A stretch of 64,000 nucleotides of DNA, from NCBI GenBank assembly GCA_030018895.1, contig JASEHM010000001.1, positions 2,199-66,198 of the forward strand, written 5' to 3'. Positions 42,001 to 54,000 of this stretch are shown in pieces. The stretch's first letter is position 1. Every line of letters starts with the position of its first letter. The position numbers and the translations under genes were made by a program. The notes under the pieces are model-generated. The model had not been told where the DNA came from. It was given only the letters and a program-made list of their open reading frames with translations, and made no database searches. Source of the stretch: Candidatus Omnitrophota bacterium (lineage in GTDB: Bacteria > Omnitrophota > Gorgyraeia > Gygaellales > Profunditerraquicolaceae).

Positions 42001-45000
42001 TTGGGGTCTTTAGCAGAAGATTCACAAAAAATAGAAAATGACATTGATTTTATTCAATTACTCAATGAGGTAATAGATGATTTTAAAAAGAGGTTTCCTG
42101 ATATTACTTTTGTGGTTGAGAATAAGGCAGATGAAATTAAATTACCTGGTATTCGAAAAATAATAGAACACATCTTAAGGGAAATTTTCCAGAACAGTGT
42201 TAAGCATGAAGGTAAACAGATTAATATAGAGATTTCAAGAACAGAAGGCAAAATAGAGATTAGTATAGAGATTAGCATAATTGATAATGGTGAGGGTATT
42301 TCTAAAGAGAAACTGGAGAGGATTCGTAAAGTTTTGGCGCAGGCAGATACAAAGCAAAGCGAAAAAGAGAGTAGGGGCAGAGGCCTTTCTTATTTAAATA
42401 AACTTCTTTATGAGTACACTTTAATTGAAGAAAACCTAGAAATATATTCTGAAGGTGAAGGCAAAGGCACAAGGGTAAGATTCTTTTTACCTTTAGCTCA
42501 AGAAAAATACAGGGTGCCAGATATTCATAATCGGATAAAATTTATTATCCATGAGATAAACAATATTCTATGTACAGTGCAAAAAGCTTTTTTAAATGAA
42601 AAAAATACTGTGTTGGCAGATGCAACCAAAGGCACAATTTTAGTAGTGGATGATGAAGAAAACATTTGCGTCATATTACAAATGTGTTTCGAACAAGTTG
42701 GTTATACGGTTGTTACTGCTGCCACAGTAGAACAAGGATTGGAGACTTTCAAAGAAAGGCAGAAAGAAATAGGATTAGTTTTAATAGATTATACATTACC
42801 TGGTGGAGATGGATTACAATTAACAGGGAAGATTAAAGAGGTTTCTAAAGATATTCCTATATTTATTATGACAGGAAGGAGTCTACGCGAAGAAGATATT
42901 TTAAACTCAGGAGCAAAAGAAGTAATTCCTAAGCCTTTTAAATTTGAGGAATTACTAAAAAAGGTAGAAGAAGCGGTAACAGTTCAGCGTTCAGAAGTAA
43001 ATCAGGGTGTCATTCTCGCCCCCGTTTTCACGGGGGTAAACTCCAGCGGGAATCCAAAGATGGTTGACAGAATGGATGCCAGTTTTCACGGGTATGACAA
43101 AAACGGGAGGCGAGAACTTCCGGAAGCTGAACTGTTACAAGAAGCGGTATCTTCAGCAGTAGAGATTGTTAAAATGTTGTCATTGCGAGCCCGCCACACT
43201 TTGTGGCGAGGCGAAGCAATCACTTTTTTGAGATTGCTTCTTGCTTCGGTTTCGCCTCGCAATTGCAATGACGCGAAAATGGATTTTTTCAGCGTTTTCC
43301 TAGAATATCACTTGATACAACAAGCCTTAAAGGGTTTTTTCGGTCGACTTAATTCAGACTTTTCTAAACAACTTTTAAGCTCTCGCCAAACAATTCCTTT
43401 AGCAGGTTCTCCTTTTACAGAATTAGTTTCTAGTTCTTTGTTTGTTTTTAGTCTAACAGAGGCTATTAAGTTGATTCAGATTTTTGTTAAGGAGAAGGAA
43501 GGGGCTGAGATTGGAGAGAAGATAGGGAGCCTTAGTTCTGAAGAACTAAACGTCCTTACGGAAGCGATTATTGCTTGGAAAGAGTTGGAAGAGATTGAAG
43601 TAGGAGAGAAAGAAAAGAAAAGATTCATTGATATCTATTCTTCTAATTGCCAGTTCAGTAGTTTTGTTGGTTTTTTAAAAGATGCTATGCAGTCAAGGTT
43701 AGTAGAGCAGAGGGCAGAAAGAGAAAGTATTCTTTATGAAATTGTCGAGGAAATTGGGAAATTAGAGGGGGTTAGCCCGGATAAAATAGAGGAAGAGTTC
43801 GCTAGATTTAAGATGAAGGCATTAGAGGAGCTTCTTAAGGCATGGGGGTATAGCTATGAGATAGATGAGGAAGATAACTTAAGCCTTATTTGTTCAACAG
43901 ATGGACTAAAGGAGTCGAGTTATAAATTAACACCGCGAAAGCCTAATGACCCGGAAAAGAGTTTTCTTTGGGATTTTCTTAAAAAGTATTGGGAGCAGAA
44001 AAATACCCTTTCTGGGCAAAAGAAATTATTGGAAGGATTTAAGAAAAAATTGCCTATAGAGATAGTAGAAGTAATTATCTGGGATGGCGTTTTTCGGGGG
44101 CTATGGATTAAAGATAGATTCGCCTTTCTTAAGAAATTTTATCCGGAAAAAGTAGATAATGGAGTTTTAGATCAACTTGCCTCTGGCCATATCTTCTCAA
44201 GATTACAAAATATTTGCCTTCCTCAAAATTTAAAAGACGACTTAACTTGTTATCAAGGAGTTTTGCCTAAAGAGCTTATTTTTCTCCTTCCTCTCCCGGG
44301 AAAAGGAAAATATATTTATATGTTACATAACTGGGCTCAGGCCAGTATTGAAAATAAGCAATTTATCCCTCTAATTAAAGAAAAAAAGATTTTTTTCTAT
44401 TTGTTTAGGGCAATAGATGTCATTATTAGAGAAAAGGAAAAGATAAAACAAAGGATAACTGATAGCCGTACAGGTTTGTATAATGCCTGGTATTTAAAAG
44501 AAGAGCTGGAGAGACAAATAGGTTTGGCCAAAAGGCATGATAATCCCCTGGCGATATTAATGCTGGACATAGATCATTTTAAGAATTTTAATGATACATA
44601 TGGCCATTTAATAGGCGATATGGTTTTAAAGTATGTTGCTGAGGTGTTTAAGAGGATGGCAAGGAAAACGGATATTGTTTGCCGTTATGGCGGGGAAGAA
44701 TTTATGATTATCCTGTCTAACGCGGATTTAGAAGGAGGGGTGGTTGCCGCAGAGAGAATTAGGGAGGCGGTGAAAGAAATGAAAATTAAAAATATTAATG
44801 AAAAAATAACTATAAGCATTGGCGCAGCTTCTTTAGATAAGAGTTTAAGAAGTATCTCTGACTCTGAACAATGCCAAAAGGCATTTATTAAAGAGGCTGA
44901 TCAGGCGGTTTATATAGCCAAGGCAAAGGGGAGAAACCGAACAGAATTTACTATAAAACAGGTAATCCCTTATTTAGAGCCGGAAGAAGAATTATTTCCT

Positions 45001-48000
45001 GAGAAGTCTGTTTCTCTTTTGTATAAGGTGAAGGCGGAGTTCAAAGGAGGCAAGGAAGGGGAGAAATATACAGCATTGGAAAGGTGCTATATTATTAAGC
45101 GGCCTAAGCTGACTGTGCGCGATAATCGAGGCGAAAGGCTTTTGATAGAGAAGGTTGATGATATGCTTTTAGAAGAATTTGCTTATTGGGTTAGCCAAAA
45201 AGCAGGGTTGGGCTGGAAAAAAGATGGAAGGATTTTTCCTGTTGCCGAGGTGATTCAGAATGAAGAAATTTTAGAGAAATGCTGGATAGGAGCAGGGAAT
45301 GAGGCGGCGGTAATCATTGAGGAAATACCGGATATTAAAAAAAAAGAAATAATAGTGGATTCTCTTCTGAAAAGGAACCTTACTAAAGAAGAAAAGGAAG
45401 ATATCTGTGATATTATTATTCTTCATGCCTATTTGGCTAGCCAGGATTTAGAAACCCACCTTATATTATTTGATGAGGAAAATAGGATTGGCACCCTTGA
45501 TTTGGGAGCAGGGACATTGTTTCATTCGCGAAATCTTAATTCTATTTTGGAAGAACTTTTGAGTTACGTATCTCCTTTTATAAAAAAAGGGATAATAACA
45601 GCGAACGGCCTTGAAAAGTCTATTAAAAAGATAGAGCAGAATATTACTCGCAAGGATTTAGAAGAATTTTTTCAGGTGCTTAGGCAGAGGCGTTTACTTG
45701 ATAAAGGCTACGAAAAAAAAGCAGTAAAAGAATTATGGGAGCGGATTGCAAAACTACAGGGTTGCCTAGAATGGTATTTTGGCCTTAAGGAAACCTCAAA
45801 AGAGTATATTTGGAATATTGAAAGGCTATCAGAGAAAGAAAATTTTGAGCCACTTTTTTTAAAGCAATATATCATAAGGGCGATAGAGAGAATGGAGAGA
45901 GAAGGCCTTCTTAAAAGAAGCTTTAAAGAGTTAGAGATAGAAAATTTATCTGAGGAAATAACAAAAGTAGAGATTAGGTATCTTTCTTTTGAAGAAGATA
46001 TTTTGATTAATAGATTAAAATTTAAACTTATTTTTGGTGATGCGGTAGAGCATCAAGCAGAATTAGTCTTAACCCTGTATGTGAATAAGGGTTTTGGTGT
46101 ATTAAAAGAGAGCTTAGATATTTCTTATATGGCTGAGGAAATAAAAAAAGAGGTTTCTTTAAAAGAACCTCATGACCGCTGGCTCTGGGAGCCTGTTGGG
46201 CATTATCTTTGCTTAACCTTATCTGCCGCTTCAGCAGTGGTTTTTATAAATAGACTTATTACACAAAGATTTGGCAGGAAAGTAGGCTCTTGTCTTTTGT
46301 CTGTTAATTCGCCAATAAGAGGGCCCAATAATATATCAACGGATGAGCGTAAAAAATTTTCGGGAATTCCTAAAGAAGAAAAAATTAAGCTTATCAAAGA
46401 GTGTTATGGCAATTGTCGGGAGATTGCTAAAGCTGTTAAAGAATTGGGTGTTGAGATAACTTTTCAAGGGGTTGCAAGTTATATTCAGGGGGAGGAAGAG
46501 TTAAAACAGATTTGTATTGAGGCAAGAAAAAATCGTCCTTCAAGAGACATTAGAAAGCTTATTTTGAAACGTTGGAAGGATGAGAAATCAGGCTCAAGAA
46601 AGACTTTTATTGCGGCAAGAAAAAATCGTCTTTTAGGAAAATCTAAAGCACCTATTTTGGAATCTTTGGATAGTGTAATTGCAGAATGGATAAAGAATGA
46701 TTTCCAAAAAACTCCAGAGTTTTTTATTAGCGATAGAAATGAAGAAGATCTTCTTGCTCTCCCTGATTTGTTAATAAAGTGTTTTAAAACTGCTCAGACG
46801 CGACGCCAACGCGATAATTTAGCTAAGGCTGTTGAGTATGCCAGGTGCGTTTTGCGCTTACCTTCTTGTGATTGGCCAAATTACTATGGTTTAATAAAGA
46901 CAAAAGAAGACGCAGAAGGAGACTTTCTTGGCTTATTACAGGTAGTTTTAACTACTCAAGATGAAGAGGAGCGAATAACTGCAAGGATTCGCCTTGTTGA
47001 TATCATTGAGATTATTCCAGAAAAGTATAAAATTTTCTTAGTGGGCTATGAATTTGCAACGGATCCTAAAATTAAGGATAGGTATAGCGAACTAATAAAA
47101 TTTGGTATTGAACCATTTATATATTCGTCCCGCCTTAAGGCGGGGGGCTTTAGTATTTTGCCCCAAGAAACCTCTCTTATGGCGAGGGAGAGCTTCATAA
47201 TTGCTAACCAGGATGTTGAAAACTACCAAGACCTATTTAAGCGGATAGCCGGATTGTTTATATCTTTGCCTTACTTTAAGATGGGGCAGAGTTTCATTGG
47301 GGCTTCGCAGACTCAAAAAAATAATCTTCTAAGTAGCCTTAATTCTATTAGCATATATGTGCCTAAACATATTGCCAGTCTAGGAAATCTTGATCTCAGT
47401 CTCAAATGCTTTTATTGTGTTGAAACTGTTTCTCAGAGAAATACATTATGTTTTGTGATTAAGAATATTATCCGCGTGATTGGGCCTGGAAATATTCATT
47501 CTGATTGTATTGAAAAAATAAAAGAGCTTCTCTGGGATAATTGGCCTCAAGGAAAGACGATTTTCTTTGCTTCAGAAGCAGTGCTTAGGGAGAAATTTGA
47601 CTTATTGAAACTAGGAAGGGCAGGCTCTGCAATAAGCATGCCCAATAGGGCTATTCTTTGTTTAATTTTGCTGCTCTTGTCATTGCCAAATCGCAGTTTT
47701 GGCCAGATTGGGACATCTGCAGAAATATCTCTAGGAACATCTCCAGGAATATCCAAGGAAATATCTGTGAGAACATTTACAGAAGCGCCCCAAGGGTATC
47801 AAGATAAATACAAAGAACCAGTAGTAAATAAGCGGCTCCAGAAAGAAATAGAGCGGGCTTTGGAGCCAAAGAATGTAAAAAGGACAGAATATGCAGCAAA
47901 TAATCCAACAAGACTAAAAAATTCAAAGTCGCTTCCTATAAATTGCGGGGCTTTGCTTAGCTGGTTTTCATCTATTATATTTGAGGGCATAGTGAGTAAT

Positions 48001-51000
48001 CAGGTAAATGCGATTATAAAATTAGGCCTTTTTGGTGCGGGTTGGACATTGCCAATAAACTTATGGAAATCCGGATGGGAAATATCGTATAAAATGGAAA
48101 ATAATCTTCCTTTAGAAGAACAAATTGTTTTGCATGCGCTGGAACAGGCCATAGAAGAAGAGTATCAGAGGCTTTGTAAGAATAAGGAACTCTCTACTAG
48201 AAATATAATGAGTATTCTTAGAAATGAAAAGATTCAGATCAGAGAATATCTTCCTGATAGCTGGAAGGATTTAGCTAATGTGTATAAAGGGAGCCTGAAA
48301 AATATTTATTGGCAGATTTTTGAAAAAGTAGAATTTCCTCATTATTTTCTTAAAGATATAAGGCCTTTGTGTGTCCTGTGTTTTTATTATCCGGATTCAC
48401 TATATCTAGCAGATGCTTCTTTAAAGGGCAAAATAGTTAAAAATGATGTAGTCGGTTCTGTTGAGCAATCTATGAATAATTTTAGGAATACCCATGTGGG
48501 AATGGTGGTTGAAACAGAAAAAAAAGAGTTTTTTCATCCAGCAGGGACGCAAAAGATCGCTTTAAAGGAATTTTTAAAACAAAAATATGGCTTACAAAAG
48601 GACTCTTCATTAGATGCCCTGCTTATTTATTCCTTATATCAAGGAGAATACAAAGAGATAATATTAAATGAAGAAGGGGAGGGATTTTGTTTTGTTGATC
48701 AGGCTATTAATTGTCCTGTTATCTGGAAGCCTGGGGTATGTATAAAAGTAATTTCTCAGATTGTTATTCATGAATTTGCAGGAAAAGCAAGAATAGAGAA
48801 TTTAGCTAAAACTATTGATGACGACAAAGAAGGATTTAAGTTATGCGCGGTAATAAGGCTGGATGAAAAAAGAATCGAAGAGCTGTTTAATGAACAGGGC
48901 AACAACAGCCTAATAGATACGCCCCCTAAAAAAACAAATTCGCCGCTATATAAACAGCTGCCTTGTTTTTCGTCTTCTCCTGTAAGAACTTTCGCACATA
49001 ACCCTGCTGAAGAGTTAAGCGGTGAGGGTTCTAAATTAGAAGAAGGTATAAGAGAAACTGGTGAGTATAAAAAAAGAATGAGGCATATTAGAATAGTGGA
49101 TTTTAAAAGAGAGATTATAAAAAAAGATTTTATGAAAATAGATCCGGAATTAAAAAGCGCTCAAGTGGATGAGATAAATATTTTGGAATTAGGAAAAGGG
49201 CAGGAGTTTATTTTTAAAGATGTTTTGCCTATAGGTGAACTTTATGAATTATGCAATATTTCGGCTCGTTTGGCTGCAAGGTCTTTGAGATATTTAAGTA
49301 AGAATAGGAATAACTTTAATATTTTTAGAAAGGTATTGGCTGATTTGCAATGGATACGGAGAATTTTAGGAAAAGATCTTAAGTATTTTTATTCAGTATC
49401 TTGCGCAAGGACAAAACCTGGTCAGGCTGGATTGGAGCCAGGAGAGATACTTGGTTATGGAGAAAATAAGATTTGCATGGTTTATTTGCCTTTAGAGTTT
49501 TCCCAGGGATTAATTACTTCTGGCTGGATGGGAACAACAATTGGGTTTTTGTTTGCCAAAGATATAAAAAACTTGCCGCCAGGATACTTTTTTAAGGTAG
49601 TAACTCCTAAGAAGATAAACCTAAGCGAGATTTTAAAAAAACATTACGGTAAAAAAGATTTCTGTTCTTTGGTATTTAAGGAAATAAAGAAAGAAATACC
49701 TGAATTTAGGCCGCTTGTTTTGTTTAGAGAGTACAATCTTCCCGTAATAGAAGCGATATCCGGAGAAAAGGTAGAAGATTATTCAGCATTAAAGAAACGG
49801 CTGGAACGTAACAAGGGAAGGCTTTGGTATAAGGGTATGCTTCTGGTGCTAAATGATGATTGGTCAAGATTAGATTTAGGATTAGGGGAGAAGGTTAATG
49901 GGGTTATGGGTATAGGAGGCATGCCTCAGGCATTGTGGTCAGCAGCGCAAATATTAAAATTAGAAAAAAAGAATTTAGATTTTGCCGGTTTTTTTGTAAC
50001 TGAAAAAGGCGGGTTGCCCTGGGAAAACACTTTTTTACTTGAAGAAAAAGAAATATTCAAACGATATGGAATAACCTTGGATACAGTTTTTAAGGCAAAA
50101 GAGTTGATTCCCTGCCTGCCAGAGGAAATATTAATGATTCTGAGCGTAATAACCCCTTATCGTTTCAAAGATAAGATTATCCCTGGGCCAAAAATAGATG
50201 ATAGCGGAAAAGAGACAGTTCATATAGTAATGGTAGATATAGATGGAGGTATATTAGACATCCCTGTAACTTATACAACAGGGATTTGTTTTAATCGTAA
50301 CGTTAAGAAGATTTTAAGCCTTGCTGAATTTGGTTTATTTTTTCCGGGGCTAGAAGAACTTAAGAAACTAAAAGGCCTTAATTTGTCTTTTATAGAATAT
50401 CGAATATTAAGGTATTACCTCTTAGGATTATGGAGTTTAAATTTTAGCCGAAAAGACCCTAATCAAAAAGCTTTAAAAAGTTTTGAGCAGGCCATTGAAT
50501 TAATAATAAAACATAACATTAAAATATTCAAAGGGTTGAATTTATCAGGAAAAATAGCCAGGATTTACCAATTTTTAAGAGATGAAGAAGACAGAAAGGG
50601 AAATCTTGAGAAAGCCTTAGAGTCTGCTGAGCTGGCAGTTAAGCATAAAACAGATTTGGAAACAGTGAGGAGGTATTATCGTTTATTGTTAAAAGATGTT
50701 GTATCCGGCTATAAAAATGAGAGTGATTTAGAGAAGGGTTTAGAAAAGCTGTCCCAGCTCAAATGTCCTGGCTTAGAAAACAAAGATAAAGATTGTTTAT
50801 TTTTTGCTTTCTTGCTAGAGACATTCCTTTTAGAAAAGCATCCTCTTGAACAGGTTAAAATTGTAAAGGGGCTATTAAGATATAAGCAGGAGCAGATAGG
50901 AAAAGATGGCAGATTAGTAGATTCATTTTTAAAAAATAACAACCCGGGCATTATTTCTTGGATTAATAATCTTCAGGAAAATTTTATGTTTAAGATATTA

Positions 51001-54000
51001 AACTTTCGTTTCTTGGAGAGGCTGGGATATTTTCCTGTTACAGATACTCAATTGAACCATTTTTCTCGAGAAGTTCAGGACTTACTGGATGCGCATCTGG
51101 AGTTGGGCATGATGCCTCAAGAGGCAGTCTTTTCTTTAGGAAGCATGTATTATTTGCAAGGAATATTTTTGCTGGCTTTAGATTATAAAGAAATGGCAAG
51201 AAAAAATATCAACAAGGCTATTGACCAATTTGGTTTAATTATATTTAAAAAGGGGGGTCCTTTTGGGCTGATGGCATACCAATTAATTCTAGAAATTCAT
51301 CAAGAGATGCCGTTATTCTTTGGCCAGCTTATTCACAATGGTGGAATGGAATTAACGTTAGATGGGTTAGCTGAAAAGTATGGGAAACATTGTCCTGAAG
51401 AGATTATAAAAGGCCAGACAGAGTTCATAAAGAATTTGACAGAACAGTCCCAGTCGGAGAATGAACTCGCAACTTCTTCTTCTGCAAGGAGTTGTGTAGA
51501 AACGGTACTATTAAATTCACTAAACTCTTCAAGCCCTGTTAAGCGGGTAGGTCCTGTTGGATCCGTCTCGAAATTTGAGTCTCTGCTACGAAAAGAGTTG
51601 GCCGCGATGAAGGATTCCGGGGGAACGAAGTTGTACCCGTCCAATGTGTCGCGTCAGAATAGGGTCACGATTGCGCCGTGTCGGGTGGATAGGGTCACGA
51701 TTAGTAAAGAGGCCCGGGAGATATTCAAAAATGCAAGGCCCAAGTCCAGCCAGCCGTCGATCATGTCGGAAAAAGACCTTAACGGCAATCTTGATTTCAT
51801 ATCGTCCCTGTGTGAGTTCGTAAAGCAGTTTATAGAGGTATTTTGGACAGTGAAATCTTCTGAGGATACGGATCACGAGAACAAGGATGGCGTTTCTGCG
51901 TCTTCTGTCAAGGAAGGATCTTCTTCGGTCGTTTATTCCAGCAGTCCGAAGGCTTCTTCCTCATTTAAGCAGGCACGAAGCCGCGCTCCGCCCTTTGTAG
52001 TTGTGTTATTAATAGTTCCCTTCATATTTTGTGAAGGAGAGACAAGGAATTTATCAAAATCCCTGCCCCCATCTTTACCTTCGTTTTCAAAGCACAGTAG
52101 AGTTCTTGAAACAAAATCTCTACCCACATCTTTATCTTCGTTTTTAGATCATAGTAGAGTTCCTCCCCTTTCAAATTACAGTGGAGTTCTTAAAAACGCG
52201 CGCATTAATTCAAAAGATCGATTTGGAATAAAGGCATGGACAGCCTATACAATGTTGGATGAGATTACTAAGAAGCTGTATTCTGAAAAAACAGTATCAG
52301 AGCGTCGTTTAATAAATAAATACGTATTAACCAATATTTATCATGAATCGCTTTTGATATATAGGAGGCCTATATATCGTGGCGGGACTGAGCGCGGCTT
52401 GGCTCAAATAAAGGTGGGCACTGCCAGGGATATCCTTGAGAGGCTTGTAAAGGGAAAAGCTAATTGGGAGGAGTTTATTGCAGATATTAGCGGTTATTCC
52501 TTCTATGCAGACCTTTTAAACGAGAATAATGCTGTTCTTGGCAAGATGTTAGAAGATAATGATGGGTTTAGTTTTATTCTTTCAACAATATATAGTATGA
52601 ATAGGTTAGATAAGGAATCTCTGCCTGTAGATTTAGAGGGGATGACAAAGTGTTGGGCCAATTATAATGGGATTGGGAAAAAGCAAAGAACGCCTCCAGA
52701 GGAAAAAAGATTAAAGGATTATAAAGTTCATGCAGAGATAATTAAGCCTATTCTTGAAAGAATCATTTCTTTAGAAAGGTTCTTAAATTTTGAAGAGTTT
52801 CTGAATCCTCCAAAAAATATTGGAAACTGTTTCCGTCCCAATCGGGAAACTGTTTCCAGCGCAATCGGGACAGTGGGATGCAGTGAAGTTGACATAAGCT
52901 GTTCTGCTTTGAAAATGAAGGGGTTTGTCGGTTCGCCAGTTAGCCGGTTGCTTGAAATTGCCGGCTCGCCGGTGAAATATAGCTTGTTAGTTGATATGTT
53001 GTTAATACTTGTTGATTTTGATGGTTTTTGCAAGGCAGGGATGGAAGATGTTCACGGTCTTGAGGATAGGATTAGGGTCTCCTCGCCCGTATTTTCGATA
53101 CCGAAAGATACCGAAGATTTGGATTTTGCTTGGAATTTGATGGAATTAAATGCTTTTAACCCCGGATTAGAACATAAAATTTCTTTTGTCTCCAGTCCAA
53201 TTTTTAAAATGCGGCCGAAGGTAACAGTTCAGCGTTTGGAAGTTCCAAGCGCTGAACTGTTACCTTCGGAGACTGAAATTGGGGGTAAGAAAAGGAAGGA
53301 AGAGAATGATCTTTTTATTGAGATGGATACGTTAAAAAAGAAATTGATGGGTTGTCTTAGAAAAAGTCCTTTACTTGCAAAAATATTACAATGGATTTTA
53401 GATGAATTAGAAAAAAAGAACAATAATAATGGAATCATAAAAAATAAACTGTCTTTTTTTAGTCCACACCAGAAGCGTAAAGTAAAACAAGAAATTTTTG
53501 CTTGGATGAATAAGGAGCATTGTGAAGTGGCAGCCGAGTTTTCTACGGAGTTAATTTTTCTAGTTGTGGATTTGGTTAAAAATATAATCTTTTCTATAAA
53601 AAACGAAAAAATAAATAAAGATAAATTAGAGGAGATTCAGTCTTCTTTGGATGAGATTGTCGCTTTGAATAACAAGATTGAGAAAATAGCGGAACTGTGG
53701 CGAAAGATAAAAGAGGAGATAGTGGAACAAAATGTAGGCATAGTAACATCTATCGTGACTAAAAACTATTTTAATGGGGCTTTATTCTTTGAGGAGCGGA
53801 TACAGGCAGGGTTGATTGGGCTAGCTGAGGCTGTAGAGAGGCACGACTACAGAAAAGGTATATTATTTTCTACCTATGCTGATTGCTGGATTAAGCGGGA
53901 AATACTAATGGTTATGCAAAAGGAGAGTAGTGATATCTGGATTCCCGTGTATATGCAAGAGAAGCATACAGGGCTTGAGAATAAAAAGACAGAATTAATC

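Noticed and set aside
48440-48600. NlpC/P60-like amidase (DVVG...THVGMVV...FFHP)
   Set aside because: Only a His-containing strand motif is visible and I could not place a catalytic Cys motif; too weak without a profile search.
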